A stretch of 63,083 nucleotides of DNA, filler included, from Octopus bimaculoides (GCF_001194135.2; 6 parts of 5 records of this genome joined end to end with filler, not necessarily neighbours in it), one strand, 5' to 3'; numbered from the whole stretch's first letter, positions 1 to 12,179 are shown. Notes: a model not told the origin generated them from the sequence alone. Translations and numbers: made by a program.

Positions 1-46
<46 letters not shown>
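1..46. repeat. (CA)n microsatellite
   Basis: Pure CA dinucleotide run read directly; many similar CA/TG/TA/GA runs occur across the window and are not all listed. Confidence 0.98.
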
Positions 47-49
<3 letters not shown>

Positions 50-553
50 GCTCACACTTGAACATATATAAACTTACATGCACGCATATACGCACACTTG
101 TACTTATTACATACACTTACTCACATATTTACAAAGACTTCGTATTTCAGTTGAAATCCATGTCAAAAATGTGGAAAAGATTGACTGAGATATCCTCATA
201 CAAACACACAAACAGACCATTTCCTGCTTCTAGTAGCGTTTAGGTTCCTTGTGATGTCTTTGTAGTTGGTTTTGTGTTATCGGAGTAAGTCAGAGTTTTT
301 GGCTCAAGGCAATACTACTTGACTTAGTTTCACTTAACTGCTCTTATTTCCAGCAAGACTTCCGGTCAGTATATATGTTCTTAATATTACCTGTAGCATA
401 TTGGGGAATGTCACCATGATATAGGCACGGAAATATGTGTGCGTTTGTATGTATGAATGTATGTGTGTATTTATGTTTAGAATTAAGTATATATTTATAT
501 ATATATATGTATATATATATATATGTACACATATATATATTTATATATATATA

Positions 554-598
<45 letters not shown>

Positions 599-1426
599 NN
601 NNNNNNNNNNNNNNNNNNNNNNNNNNNNNNNNNNNNNNNNNNNNNNNNNNNNNNNNNNNNNNNNNNNNNNNNNNNNNNNNNNNNNNNNNNNNNNNNNNNN
701 NNNNNNNNNNNNNNNNNNNNNNNNNNNNNNNNNNNNNNNNNNNNNNNNNNNNNNNNNNNNNNNNNNNNNNNNNNNNNNNNNNNNNNNNNNNNNNNNNNNN
801 NNNNNNNNNNNNNNNNNNNNNNNNNNNNNNNNNNNNNNNNNNNNNNNNNNNNNNNNNNNNNNNNNNNNNNNNNNNNNNNNNNNNNNNNNNNNNNNNNNNN
901 NNNNNNNNNNNNNNNNNNNNNNNNNNNNNNNNNNNNNNNNNNNNNNNNNNNNNNNNNNNNNNNNNNNNNNNNNNNNNNNNNNNNNNNNNNNNNNNNNNNN
1001 NNNNNNNNNNNNNNNNNNNNNNNNNNNNNNNNNNNNNNNNNNNNNNNNNNNNNNNNNNNNNNNNNNNNNNNNNNNNNNNNNNNNNNNNNNNNNNNNNNNN
1101 NNNNNNNNNNNNNNNNNNNNNNNNNNNNNNNNNNNNNNNNNNNNNNNNNNNNNNNNNNNNNNNNNNNNNNNNNNNNNNNNNNNNNNNNNNNNNNNNNNNN
1201 NNNNNNNNNNNNNNNNNNNNNNNNNNNNNNNNNNNNNNNNNNNNNNNNNNNNNNNNNNNNNNNNNNNNNNNNNNNNNNNNNNNNNNNNNNNNNNNNNNNN
1301 NNNNNNNNNNNNNNNNNNNNNNNNNNNNNNNNNNNNNNNNNNNNNNNNNNNNNNNNNNNNNNNNNNNNNNNNNNNNNNNNNNNNNNNNNNNNNNNNNNNN
1401 NNNNNNNNNNNNNNNNNNNNNNNNNN

Positions 1427-1478
<52 letters not shown>

Positions 1479-1639
1479 GCACACACACATATGTATATAT
1501 GTATATATACATATATATACATATCTATGTGTGTGTGTGTGTGTGTGTACATATATGTATATGCCGTTCTGTATATGTATGCATGCATGTGTTTATGCTT
1601 GTGTGCGATTGTATGTATGCATATGTATGTGCGTGTGTA

Positions 1640-1677
<38 letters not shown>

Positions 1678-1699
1678 TTCCTTTCCTACTAGTTCAAGG

Positions 1700-2550
1700 C
1701 TCCTGTGCATCGAATGAACCCAGTCCCAACACATCCTCTGGTATCTTCCTCCACGAAATGGCATGCAGCCTTCCATCTACAATTTTTCACAGTATTCAAA
1801 TTAGCTCACTGTATCTTGTCTTTCCTGTTGAAAGCATCGCTTGTGGCCACCAAACTCTACTATTTTTACTATCACTCTTTATTTGCGTTACATGACGAAA
1901 TTAAGATTGTTGATGGTAAAAAATTCACCCCTAAATGGTATTGTTGTTCTTATTTACAGTGACTGGCATGTAGCGTTCACCTTTCTTTCAAATTTTCATT
2001 CTATTACTCCAATACTTGCGATCATTTGCTGTGGTTAATTACCTTTACCCTTTCCTCCAGCGCATCAACCAGTCTTCTATGCGATATTTCACGAGGCCGT
2101 GTGTAACTCTGCTTCAGGCTTAATGGGCAATTGGGGAGTGTATACCTCATCATCCTAACCTTCGCGTTTTTACGCATCTCACTATTCATTGAAATGAAAG
2201 GTAGCTTATGGAAAACATAAGCTACCTTTAGCTCCACACCTTCGAAGTTAATAGCAGCTGGGCAGTGGAGGAACTTGTGCAAGTGACAACATACTGACAT
2301 ACCGTCATGCTTAGCTAGAACCCTATGATACAAAGCAAGCATGTGGTATATTTATGGACTAGATACACAAGGTAGATGATACTACGAGGGACGGAGATCC
2401 TTTCAGATTCTTTGGCAATCTCCCACATTGCCATATATACTTCCTCACCCCAGGATGTATTGTGCGAAGCCGGAAAGTGTATAATGTGCGTTTAGCTCTT
2501 TCACATTGTAAAAATGTTTGACTTAGTCAAGCATCTCTGGACCATCATCA
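1700..2550 (-). mobile_element. Possible highly decayed L1/Tx1-like LINE 3' region
   Basis: Minus-strand fragments such as E..D*VKH / FLQCERAKR resemble the C-terminal zinc-knuckle region of Tx1/L1 ORF2; many stops and frameshifts, weak match. Confidence 0.25.
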
Positions 2551-3121
2551 GATTGACAAGCGAACTAGCACGCACGCACACACACACATACACACACTCA
2601 TTCATTCACACACACACTCCCCCCCCACACACACACACTCCCCCACACACACACACTCCCCCCCCACACACACCCATATGTACCGAGACAGACGCAAATG
2701 CACATACATAGACAACACATACGAATATGTGTGTGTGCATATGCAAACGTGTGCAAACGTGTGTGCGAAAGAGTTTGAATGTATGTGTCTAAATGGCTGT
2801 GTCTATATTAGTAATGTCTCTGAGTAAATATAATGTTTTTGTTTTTTCTTTCTTTTTGTTACTAGACATTCAATATTTTTGCAGAGAACAGTGTCTCGTT
2901 GATTACATCATTTTTCTCAATATCTGTTCTTAGTGACCACAGTAAGGTAAATAGATAGATAGGTAGATAGATAGATAGGTTATCTTGTATGTCGCGTTCT
3001 ACATGTGTGTATGCCTTAGTATTTTTTTTACTAGATACAAGGTTACTTTTGTAGATATAAAAAGGTGTAACTGGGAGCAACTATTTGAGTTCAGAGTAAC
3101 TAATATAACTGGTAATTAACG

Positions 3122-3163
<42 letters not shown>

Positions 3164-3679
3164 GATATGATATATATTATTATATTATATATTAATGAAT
3201 TTGGCGATGCAGCCACGAAAGTGATTTTAGAAATGTGCTCTGTCAAGCTGATTAATCACAAAGATAAATTTGTTCGGTTAAACAAAAACCCCCCACGACT
3301 CGACTGTAGGTCCTATATATATATAATTAATATGAAATAAAAATTACATATTGTATGTGTTCAATTAATTCTCTGTGTATGCGACACCGATCATTTCACT
3401 GCTGCAGTGGATTTGATGTCGCTAACGAAGAAACAATGAAAAGTGGCGTACGTGATGTATTTGTGTTTTCTGTGTGTGATTTTGTTCTGATAACCTGAAT
3501 ATAATATCGAAACTTTATACGTATATACCTACATACAAATATATATGTACATATACATACATGAACAGATAGATATACACAAGTGCATATGATGTATATA
3601 CACACATACATACACATATACATGTGCGTGTATGTGCGCGCGTGTGTGCGTGTATGTGCGCGCGTGTGTGCGCGTGTGC

Positions 3680-3730
<51 letters not shown>

Positions 3731-3734
3731 TATT

Positions 3735-3845
3735 AGGCGCAGGCTTGGTTCTGTAGTAAGAAGTTTGCTTCCCAACCTCACAGCTCCGGGTTCAGTCCCA
3801 TTGCGCCTGAGTGAACTTTGGTAGGGCGAAACTGAAAAAAGTCCG

Positions 3846-3850
<5 letters not shown>
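3735..3850 (+). mobile_element. tRNA-derived SINE family A, internally deleted head
   Basis: AGGCGCAGG..GTAAG..GGGTTCAGTCCC..GAAACTGAAAAAAGTCCGTCG matches the more complete copies at 37527 and 25240 in this window. Confidence 0.75.
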
Positions 3851-3888
<38 letters not shown>

Positions 3889-4587
3889 CACAGACACACA
3901 CACGCGCGCACGCACGCACATACACACAACACACATATACATATATACATGTGCGTGTTTGTATCTCTTTCCCTCCCCGCACGACCGCTTGCCAACCAGT
4001 GTTGCGAGCTTGTATCCGAGATTAGTGATAAATTTAGTTAAGTTCACAACCGAGTTTCTTTTCCATTCCAATACACTTATATTACAATTTCCATAAATAT
4101 TATATTTGGTATAATTTTTACGAACATTGTTTTTGTCTGTCTCAAATCTAGGTACGACAAATAAGCTAAGTTTTATGAGAAGATGCTAGGTATTTCATCC
4201 AAATTCACATATCTGTAAAACCGAATGTTAAAATCTAAGTTATGCTTTTTCGGTCGGTGCCCTCTCCCTGTGCCATCTTAAATGTAAATACATAGTACAC
4301 CAAAGTCGTTATTCAAGCGTCTTCTATTTACCAATGTTCATATTCATCATGAAATATAAGTTAGCTGCTTTAATTTTGCGTAAAAGTATTTATTTTTCTC
4401 AAAGGAATACATGTTTACACTGTACACTCTTTAAAGCTAATTTTTGGGTATATTATTATATCATATCCTGACTGATTATGCTGAATATTGAATTTTAAAA
4501 ATATTTCTTTACACTATAATATGTATTCAAGTCAAATCAAATCATACAACATTTATAAAATGATGCCGCTTCAGGCAAGAAATATTT

Positions 4588-4770
4588 TTGCAGAATCGTT
4601 AGCTGTATTTCGTCCATCTTTGCGTTCTAAGTTCAAATTCCGCTGAGGTCAACTATGCTTTTCATTCCTTCGGGGTCGATAAAATAAGTACCAGTTGATC
4701 ACTGGGGTCGATGTAATTGACTTGTCCTCGCCTGAAATTGCTGGTTTTATGCCTATAGTAGAGAAGATTA
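4588..4770 (+). mobile_element. SINE family B
   Basis: GCAGAATCGTTAGC..GTTCAAATTCCGCTGAGGTC..GGGGTCGATAAAATAAGTACCAG..AAATTGCTGG; repeated about 12 times in the window. Confidence 0.85.
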
Positions 4771-4789
4771 TATTTTAAACCATTGGCGG

Positions 4790-5649
4790 ATAGCTGGCAG
4801 GATGTGGGTGCTGGGAAGTAGTCAGTGCTAGTGTGTGCGGGGTTGTGTGATATGGTATAGAATAGTAAGGTAGTGTGTGTTGTGGTGGTGTGATGTGGTG
4901 GTTTGGAGGAGGCGAGTGAGGAAAGCAGTGGGGTGTAAGGAATGGAATGGGGTGAGATGTGATGCATAGGGATGGTGGGTTGTAGGGGTGGGGTAACGAG
5001 GGAGGGGGTGACGATGGAGGGAGAGAGTGGAAGGGAGAGAATGGAAAGAAGAGAGTGGAAGGGAGAGAGTGGAAAGGAGAGAGTGGAAGGGAGAAGGTGT
5101 GTAGGAGTGAAGGGGGAAGTAGGTGTCAGAGCAAGAGAGAAGAGGTAGGTGGGAGGAAGTATGTGTGAGAGGAAGAGAGGAGAGAGGAGGAGAGTTGATC
5201 CCATGGGGCGCAAAGGAGCGAAGAGAGAGGATTAATCCCTGTTCACGTCGAAGACATGAGACCGGATGGCTCCTGTGCAAGGACAATCCGAACACAGACA
5301 GGTGTTGCAAGGAATGACCGGTAGAGCGGAAATAACGAGAGACCGGGGTGACGTTGCCGAGTCTGATGTCTCAAAGGTTTCCCGTTTGACCGATGTATAG
5401 AGAAGGACAGATAGAGCAGGAGATGCAGTAGATGACGGTGGTGAAGGTGGAGGAGGAAAGGTTTGTAATTGGGCATGATTCAATAACGAGAAGAAAAGAA
5501 AAAAAGAAAAAAGGGGGGAGAGAGAAAGGCAAATAAAGACGTGAAGAGGAAAAATTCAAAAGGTGTGGGGAGAAAGAGGCAAAAGGCGTGAGGAGAAAAA
5601 TATATACAAGAGGTGGGAGGAAAATAAAAAAATAAAAACAAGGACAGAA

Positions 5650-5660
<11 letters not shown>
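4790..5660 (-). mobile_element. Penelope-like element remnant: GIY-YIG endonuclease C-terminus (5184-5478) plus purine/pyrimidine-skewed flanks
   Basis: Minus strand reads TVIYCISCSICPSLYIGQTG..*DIRLGNVTPVSRYFRSTGHSLQHLSVFGL..RREQGLILSLRSFAPHGIN, the VIY..C..C..YIGQT..H..E..I..GIN pattern of Penelope GIY-YIG, with a stop and an internal deletion. Confidence 0.85.
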
Positions 5661-5682
<22 letters not shown>

Positions 5683-6289
5683 NNNNNNNNNNNNNNNNNN
5701 NNNNNNNNNNNNNNNNNNNNNNNNNNNNNNNNNNNNNNNNNNNNNNNNNNNNNNNNNNNNNNNNNNNNNNNNNNNNNNNNNNNNNNNNNNNNNNNNNNNN
5801 NNNNNNNNNNNNNNNNNNNNNNNNNNNNNNNNNNNNNNNNNNNNNNNNNNNNNNNNNNNNNNNNNNNNNNNNNNNNNNNNNNNNNNNNNNNNNNNNNNNN
5901 NNNNNNNNNNNNNNNNNNNNNNNNNNNNNNNNNNNNNNNNNNNNNNNNNNNNNNNNNNNNNNNNNNNNNNNNNNNNNNNNNNNNNNNNNNNNNNNNNNNN
6001 NNNNNNNNNNNNNNNNNNNNNNNNNNNNNNNNNNNNNNNNNNNNNNNNNNNNNNNNNNNNNNNNNNNNNNNNNNNNNNNNNNNNNNNNNNNNNNNNNNNN
6101 NNNNNNNNNNNNNNNNNNNNNNNNNNNNNNNNNNNNNNNNNNNNNNNNNNNNNNNNNNNNNNNNNNNNNNNNNNNNNNNNNNNNNNNNNNNNNNNNNNNN
6201 NNNNNNNNNNNNNNNNNNNNNNNNNNNNNNNNNNNNNNNNNNNNNNNNNNNNNNNNNNATATATATGGGAGAATATACAAATAATAACA

Positions 6290-6430
6290 ACAGACGAGGA
6301 CAGGTGGTGTAAATAACAAAAGTATATATTAGTATGACGCTCGGGAATACGGAAAGTCTTTGACGTTTCGAGCTACGCTCTTCAACAGAAAGAATACGGA
6401 GACAAGGAGAAAAACACGGAGAAAAAAAAA
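6290..6430 (-). mobile_element. Penelope-type terminal repeat (pLTR-like) segment carrying a hammerhead motif
   Basis: Homologous to 26890-27024 and 27061-27200; lies on the same strand just upstream of the GIY-YIG remnant, across a gap. Confidence 0.7.
6357..6393 (-). ncRNA. Minimal type I hammerhead-like motif (variant core CUGUUGA)
   Basis: Minus strand: TCTTT-CTGTTGA-A-GAGC GTA GCTC-GAAA-CG-TC-AAAGA; helix I 5 bp, helix II 4 bp, GUC cleavage triplet. Confidence 0.65.
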
Positions 6431-6469
6431 ATTGAAATCTATCTATCTCCATATATATATATTTATTTT

Positions 6470-6501
<32 letters not shown>

Positions 6502-7681
6502 AATAAATATATATATATGGAGATAGATAGATAGATAGATAGATGCATACATGCATGCATACATACATATATATATATACACACATATACATATATATAT
6601 ACACATGTGTACATTTTCATGCGCATACGTTCTTCCCCCTTTTCTCACACTTTATCTTTGTATTCGACAAATACCCTTTCTGTTTCTCTCGAACTTTTCT
6701 CGTACACATAAACACATACACTCACACAGAGAGACACACACACACACACACACACACACACAAGTATATTTGTATGTGAATATGTATATATACGCTCTAT
6801 CTCACATTTTGTATTTTCGGAATTTATTTATCTTTACACATTTCGTCAAAATATATATCATAGTGATTCACACATCTCTGATAATTCCCATATTTCAAAT
6901 AACTAATGAACACATTCACTCTATCTGTCCCTTGTTTTATTTCGACGAGAGGAAACGAAAGGGGGAAGAAAAAAAGACGAAACAATAACACAAAAGAAGC
7001 TTGTGCAAAATGTTGGTCAGTGGAACATAAAAAAAGTGTAGAATAGACATTGATTTCTCTGTGTCCGCCATTAAAAACAGCATATTTACAGAAGAATTAT
7101 TAATATTAACTTACCTTCACCTAAACTACGCCCTTCATGTTAATAGCAATATAAATGAAACCATCTCCTATCTTGACGCCCCGTAGCTAATACACATTTC
7201 TCACGTACTTACTACATGAGTAATATATTGCCTCAATGGTTAACGTGTCACTCAACTGGTTGATTACTTATTTCGGTGTTAAACGAGTTACTTAAGAAGT
7301 TGGTTACTAATTTTGTTGTCAGTTGTATGTAAACCTACGACACAACAATTAATCCTCTATGTGATCGTTCGACTAGTTAGAAATAGCAGCCAAACCACGC
7401 CCATTTGCTATAGAATACATACATATTTGGTAATGATGTAGGGTGTACACGACGCCAAAGAAAGTAAAAATGGGGTTCTGGTGGTAGAAACGTCGTCGAT
7501 CATGACACATTTTTGCAGTAACTTGTCTCATAGAGCACACACGCTTTTTATTGTCTGTTTTAGGACATCTGCAAGCATCACAAACATACGTGCTTGTATA
7601 TACATTTATATACATATACACACATAATTATGCATAATATATATTATACATACATACATCTATACATACATACATATATAT

Positions 7682-7890
7682 ATATTTGAGGAGATTCGTT
7701 ATAGGTATAAGAATATACCATAAATAAGTATTAAAAAATGGAGAAAAGATGTTGAAATAGATTTATTATAAAGCTGGATTGCATTGAATCCAGTTTTATA
7801 ATAAATCTATTTCTGTTCCAACATCTTTTCTCCATTTTTTATACTTGTTTATAGTATATTATTATACCTATAACGAATCTCCTCAAATAT
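7682..7890. repeat. ~209-bp near-perfect palindrome (foldback/MITE-like)
   Basis: ATATTTGAGGAGATTCGTTATAGG...CTGGATT gcattg AATCCAG...CCTATAACGAATCTCCTCAAATAT; arms of about 100 bp with a few mismatches and one 6-bp indel. Confidence 0.92.
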
Positions 7891-8809
7891 TATTTTCATA
7901 TTCTTATTACCTGTTTTGGCTGATTTTCATGAATATGATGAATTCTTATTAGAAATCACCTATTCTCTCTTTTTGGATCTCCACACCCCCATATATATNN
8001 NNNNNNNNNNNNNNNNNNNNNNNNNNNNNNNNNNNNNNNNNNNNNNNNNNNNNNNNNNNNNNNNNNNNNNNNNNNNNNNNNNNNNNNNNNNNNNNNNNNN
8101 NNNNNNNNNNNNNNNNNNNNNNNNNNNNNNNNNNNNNNNNNNNNNNNNNNNNNNNNNNNNNNNNNNNNNNNNNGGGTTCCTATTATTGAGCCTGGTCGCA
8201 GTTCACCTATTTTCGTTCAGCGTCAGGCGGTCGTGCTAAAGGTGACCTCTGTCAAAAAATATATTTCGTAGCAGACGTTCTCTCGACATCGTTTACAAGC
8301 GCCTGATTCGGGCTCAGAAGTCACAGCCCAAGTTGTTATCTATAATCGTAAAAATTTAAAGTAATCCAAATTCAATGTTTACTTGAAAATATAAATTTCT
8401 CTAGAGATTACGATTTAACTTCCAATCTATGAAAAGTTTCCGTTCTACAATATTCTTAAAGGAACGAAAAATTATCCAGCAACTCGGGTTAATGTGAACA
8501 AGCCTGATAGGTGTAAAAGACTAACTGGCATCTCTTGTCAAGAGAGGGCCCTCCAATCCGATCGTTTTGCGGGGATACTATTTCCAACAATTATAGGCGG
8601 TCTTACTTCCTGTCGCCAAGAACTGCGACTGTTCATTGAGATATCTCCGAACATCTTAGTAGAGTCAATGAATGTAACCGCTCCGACGACCTCACATGTG
8701 TAGTGGGTAGGTATTTATAGACTGTTAAACACTTTTGGTATGTAAATTAGGGACTCCTTCATAGAATAATTGCTGAATTTGTTGAGTATATAAACAGTTT
8801 GTCGGCTTG

Positions 8810-8878
8810 TTTCTCTGGAGACTGTTTCTGATGAGAATCCAATAAGGTTTGAAAAGGTTTTTTCAGTCTTCAGAGAAA
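8810..8878 (+). ncRNA. Degenerate type I hammerhead ribozyme motif, copy 1
   Basis: CTGATGA (8828-8834) GAATC caataa GGTTT GAAA (8851-8854), enclosed by 15-bp arms TTTCTCTGGAGACTG / CAGTCTTCAGAGAAA; helix III and cleavage site degenerate. Confidence 0.55.
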
Positions 8879-9058
8879 TGGCTAAAATTTGTCCTCTTTA
8901 TAACTTATTCTATATGTTACAAAGCTATAATATCATACCGTGATAATGTGTGAACTAGATCCCCGTTAACAGGCCGCTAGTTTTTATAGAAGTGTTAAAC
9001 ACTTTTGATATGCAGTAACTGCTGCATTTGTCGAGTATAGAAACAACTTGGCTGCTTG

Positions 9059-9149
9059 TTTCTCTGGAGACTGTCAGAATGATGAAAACCCAATAAGGTT
9101 CGAAAATCGATTAAGGTTGTTCATCATTTCTTTTTAGTCTGCAGAGAAA
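9059..9149 (+). ncRNA. Degenerate type I hammerhead ribozyme motif, copy 2
   Basis: ATGATGA (9079-9085) AAACC caataa GGTTC GAAA A-TCGA-T TA; palindromic TCGA loop in a short helix III; same outer arms as copy 1; core C mutated. Confidence 0.5.
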
Positions 9150-9186
9150 TGGCTAAAATTTTTCCTGTTCATAATTATACCATATG

Positions 9187-9190
<4 letters not shown>

Positions 9191-9233
<43 letters not shown>

Positions 9234-9246
9234 TATATAAATACAA

Positions 9247-9335
<89 letters not shown>
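9191..9335. repeat. Compound microsatellite (CA)n-(TC)n-(TA)n-(GA)n
   Basis: Read directly. Confidence 0.95.
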
Positions 9336-9340
<5 letters not shown>

Positions 9341-9643
9341 AAATGAAGAAAACATCTAACAATGTAGAAACCTTTAAAACAAAACCTTTATATTTCAGGC
9401 ACAAAGGCCTATCTTCAGAAGGAAGCAGTCCAAGAAATGTCTAGTTACATCGATTTCGTTATTTTACTTTAAACTGCTAGGTGTTTGGGTTAGCAGCAGT
9501 GACAGAAACTCTGCAACTATAGGTCGTTGTGACGTATTTTCTTGTGTTGGTGGTGGTGGTAGAAGATGGTGTTGGTGGCGTATGTTATGATGTTGGTCGT
9601 AGTCACCGTGATATATTCATAGGAGCCACCAGCCCATCTCCGA

Positions 9644-9890
9644 TCAACGGCAAATTTTCGGGTTGAGGCGGTAGCTCAATATAGATTCCTTGATTCGGAG
9701 ATTTCCTGTGTTCCTTTCTGAGGCTAGTATGGAGGCTTCTACCTCTTTGGGGGTGTAAACGCATTTTGTTAAGTGTTTGCAGAAAGATGACACGTTGGTA
9801 GTGGTGTGCTCCTTATTCAGACGCGGAGTGGTCGGACTGTGCTACCAATGTAACAGATGGACTGCTTCTACTAAAGATAGGCTTTGCACG
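9644..9890 (-). mobile_element. Second Penelope-like GIY-YIG remnant
   Basis: Minus strand: CYIGSTVRPLRV*I(R/E)HTTTNVSSFCKHLTKC..ILASERNTGNLRIKESILSYRLNPKI; YIG.T.R.L..R..EH and KE..I..P pattern with one stop and a 1-bp frameshift. Confidence 0.75.
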
Positions 9891-10137
9891 TGAAATATAA
9901 AGGTTTAGATCTTTTCAAAACTTTCTGCATTGTTTGAAGATTTCTTTATTTTCCATTTCTTTTCTACTTCTGTACTACAATGCTTCATGCGAACTATAAC
10001 GCTCTTGCATAGATACATGTATATATATATGTGTTCCAGCATGAGTGCAGCCCTCAGGCTGAGGTCTTTAAAAGAATATATACGGTATACACACGTACAC
10101 ACTACATATGTGCACACATACACACATAGATACACAC

Positions 10138-10343
<206 letters not shown>

Positions 10344-10362
10344 ATAAGCTCTTATTTAGGAA

Positions 10363-10444
10363 TGTGTATCATATATGATGCATGGTCGCCAGGGAAATAG
10401 GTCCCGTATATCGCATATGATACACAGGACAGGTATAGGGTTAA
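10363..10444. mobile_element. Possible piggyBac-like terminus with subterminal inverted repeat
   Basis: TGTGTATCATAT..ATATGATACACA inverted pair followed by GGG|TTAA (10438-10444); no partner end found. Confidence 0.3.
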
Positions 10445-10779
10445 AAGGCTTATTGACATTCTTCAGAATACTAAAGCTATAAGATTTTATTTTCCCAAGA
10501 CCTTCTCTAACTGCAGATGAACAGTTCTCGAGCTTCTCGACTGGCAGCAATTTTATGCTTGATTAAAATAGATCAGTCCTCCCATGCTTGTACCATGCGT
10601 TTTGCTCACGTCTAATGATTTTCATTTGAACATTTTTAGTTGAAGATTCGAATTCCGTTTTGGAATCTCAATCTTAGATGGATTAAATTTTCTCCAATTT
10701 CGCTTATAATATGATGCAGGCGTTTTGAAAGCATAGTAAAACTAAACTGAATGCTCTCTAAAAACAGGGGCATTATCTT

Positions 10780-11215
10780 TTGTTATTCTGGATGTTGACT
10801 AACAAAACTGAAGGAAAATATCAAAAATACATTGACAGTTTTCAAATCTCTGCTATTAGAATCATTTAAGAATTGCTGTGCCAGCGGAAAAAGAAGTTAC
10901 AAAAGCTCCGTAGAAGAGGACTTACATTGGCAGATAAATCTTGACTCGGAGATTTCAGTTGTCAGTCAAATGACAAACGAAGAAACTGTAAGTATGATGT
11001 GCCAGTGATGGTAGGGGAGCATCCATGAATAGGAAGACAGAGAGAGCACAAGAGGATGGTAATGAATTAAATGACGAAAGATTTTCAATAGACAGTTATA
11101 TTCAGTGAGCCACCGACATATTTGCGGGGCTTCAGCACTGAACTTCTATATCTGAACAAATGATGATTGTGTATATAAAGAAGCTAGTCAAAACACAAAA
11201 AGCCTAACTATATGG
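10780..11215 (+). mobile_element. Possible pogo/Tigger transposase C-terminal remnant
   Basis: Fragments ESFKNCC, EEDLHWQINLDSEISVVSQMTNEETVSMM and an acidic stretch resemble the CENP-B/Tigger tail; heavily decayed. Confidence 0.35.
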
Positions 11216-11254
11216 TGCAGATATCAATCTGTTAGACATCGTCTAGAAGATTAT

Positions 11255-11432
11255 TGCTTCAAATTTTGGCACCAGACCAGCAATATCGGGGTTAGTCGAT
11301 TACATCGACACTAGTGTCGAAAGAATGAAAGAAAAAGTTGAACTCGATTTGAATTTGAACTTAGAAGGCAAGGACGGAAGAGACACCAGGAAGCATCTGC
11401 CCGGCGTGCTAACGATTCTACCAGCTCGCCAC
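11255..11432 (-). mobile_element. SINE family B
   Basis: Reverse complement of the family B head (GGCGAGCTGGTAGAATCGTTAGCACGCCGGG) and tail (..GGTGCCAAAATTTGAAGC). Confidence 0.8.
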
Positions 11433-12145
11433 CTTCTGGAGGATTATTAACGAGAATGTTAAGCATTGCTTTATTAACAGCTGCAGACATGCATAATTTT
11501 TAAGAGATATTTTACGTGTCAGTAGGTCTTTCTTTTCTTTGTTTTTCTCCTAATCTAGATATTTTGTCTCACATTAAACACGTGCCAATAAAATGTAACT
11601 ACTTTGAATTCTATTTGACTTCTCTATTACTGGGCTAGTTCTATGGCAGAAAAATTGTGTCACAGAACTAGCACTTGAATAAAGAAACTGAACAAGCATG
11701 AACTAGAGTTAAACTTTCGGAAGTTGTACAATTTATGTATTATTTTACCATCTTCTATTCTAGACTTCAATTAATTAAACTTGCAGTGTTAGTGAGGCTC
11801 AAATTGTATGAAAATAAAACTTGCTCTGAATTAAAATGAAACTAAGAACGTAAACTCCGTTTCTTTTATCAAATGACAGGTGCATTATTAATTAGTATAT
11901 AAGACATACTATTTGCTTCATTCATTAGTAAAGTAATATGACAGACAATACAGTGTTTCTCTAACCCCTCTTCTCTCACTTTCTCTTCCTTTTTTCTCTC
12001 TCTCTCTTGCTCTCTATAGCATTTACCTTTCTCCCTTCTCACTAATTAAAAAATTATTCTAATTTTCTCACAAGTTCTACATCTTTCTTTCTCACTACTT
12101 CCATTTCTATCTCTCTCCATTTATATATATATATACATATATATA

Positions 12146-12178
<33 letters not shown>

Positions 12179-12179
12179 G

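Larger units (their letters stand above)
8723..9191 (+). repeat. Diverged tandem duplication, period 270 bp, each unit with a hammerhead-like motif
   Basis: TGTTAAACACTTTT at 8723 and 8993; TATGTTACA at 8913 and 9183; shared TTTCTCTGGAGACTG..CAATAAGGTT..CAGAGAAATGGCTAAAATTT. Confidence 0.85.

Noticed and set aside
435-1895. Long ORFs spanning N gaps (also near 5.5, 15.4, 18.2, 19.4, 29.5, 38.6, 43.6 and 60.5 kb)
   Set aside because: Open only because N codons and TA/CA/TG repeats contain no stops.
3395-3455. Possible micro-exon GFDVANEETMKSG between CAG and GTACGT
   Set aside because: Weak donor, no recognisable homology, too short to separate from chance.
7925-7960. TGATGA ATTCTTATTA GAAA after the palindrome, hammerhead-like
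   Set aside because: Core C absent and helix II cannot be closed.
8174-8720. Possible decayed GIY-YIG or other ORF next to the tandem hammerheads
   Set aside because: Only scattered resemblance spread over different frames with many stops; not supportable by eye.
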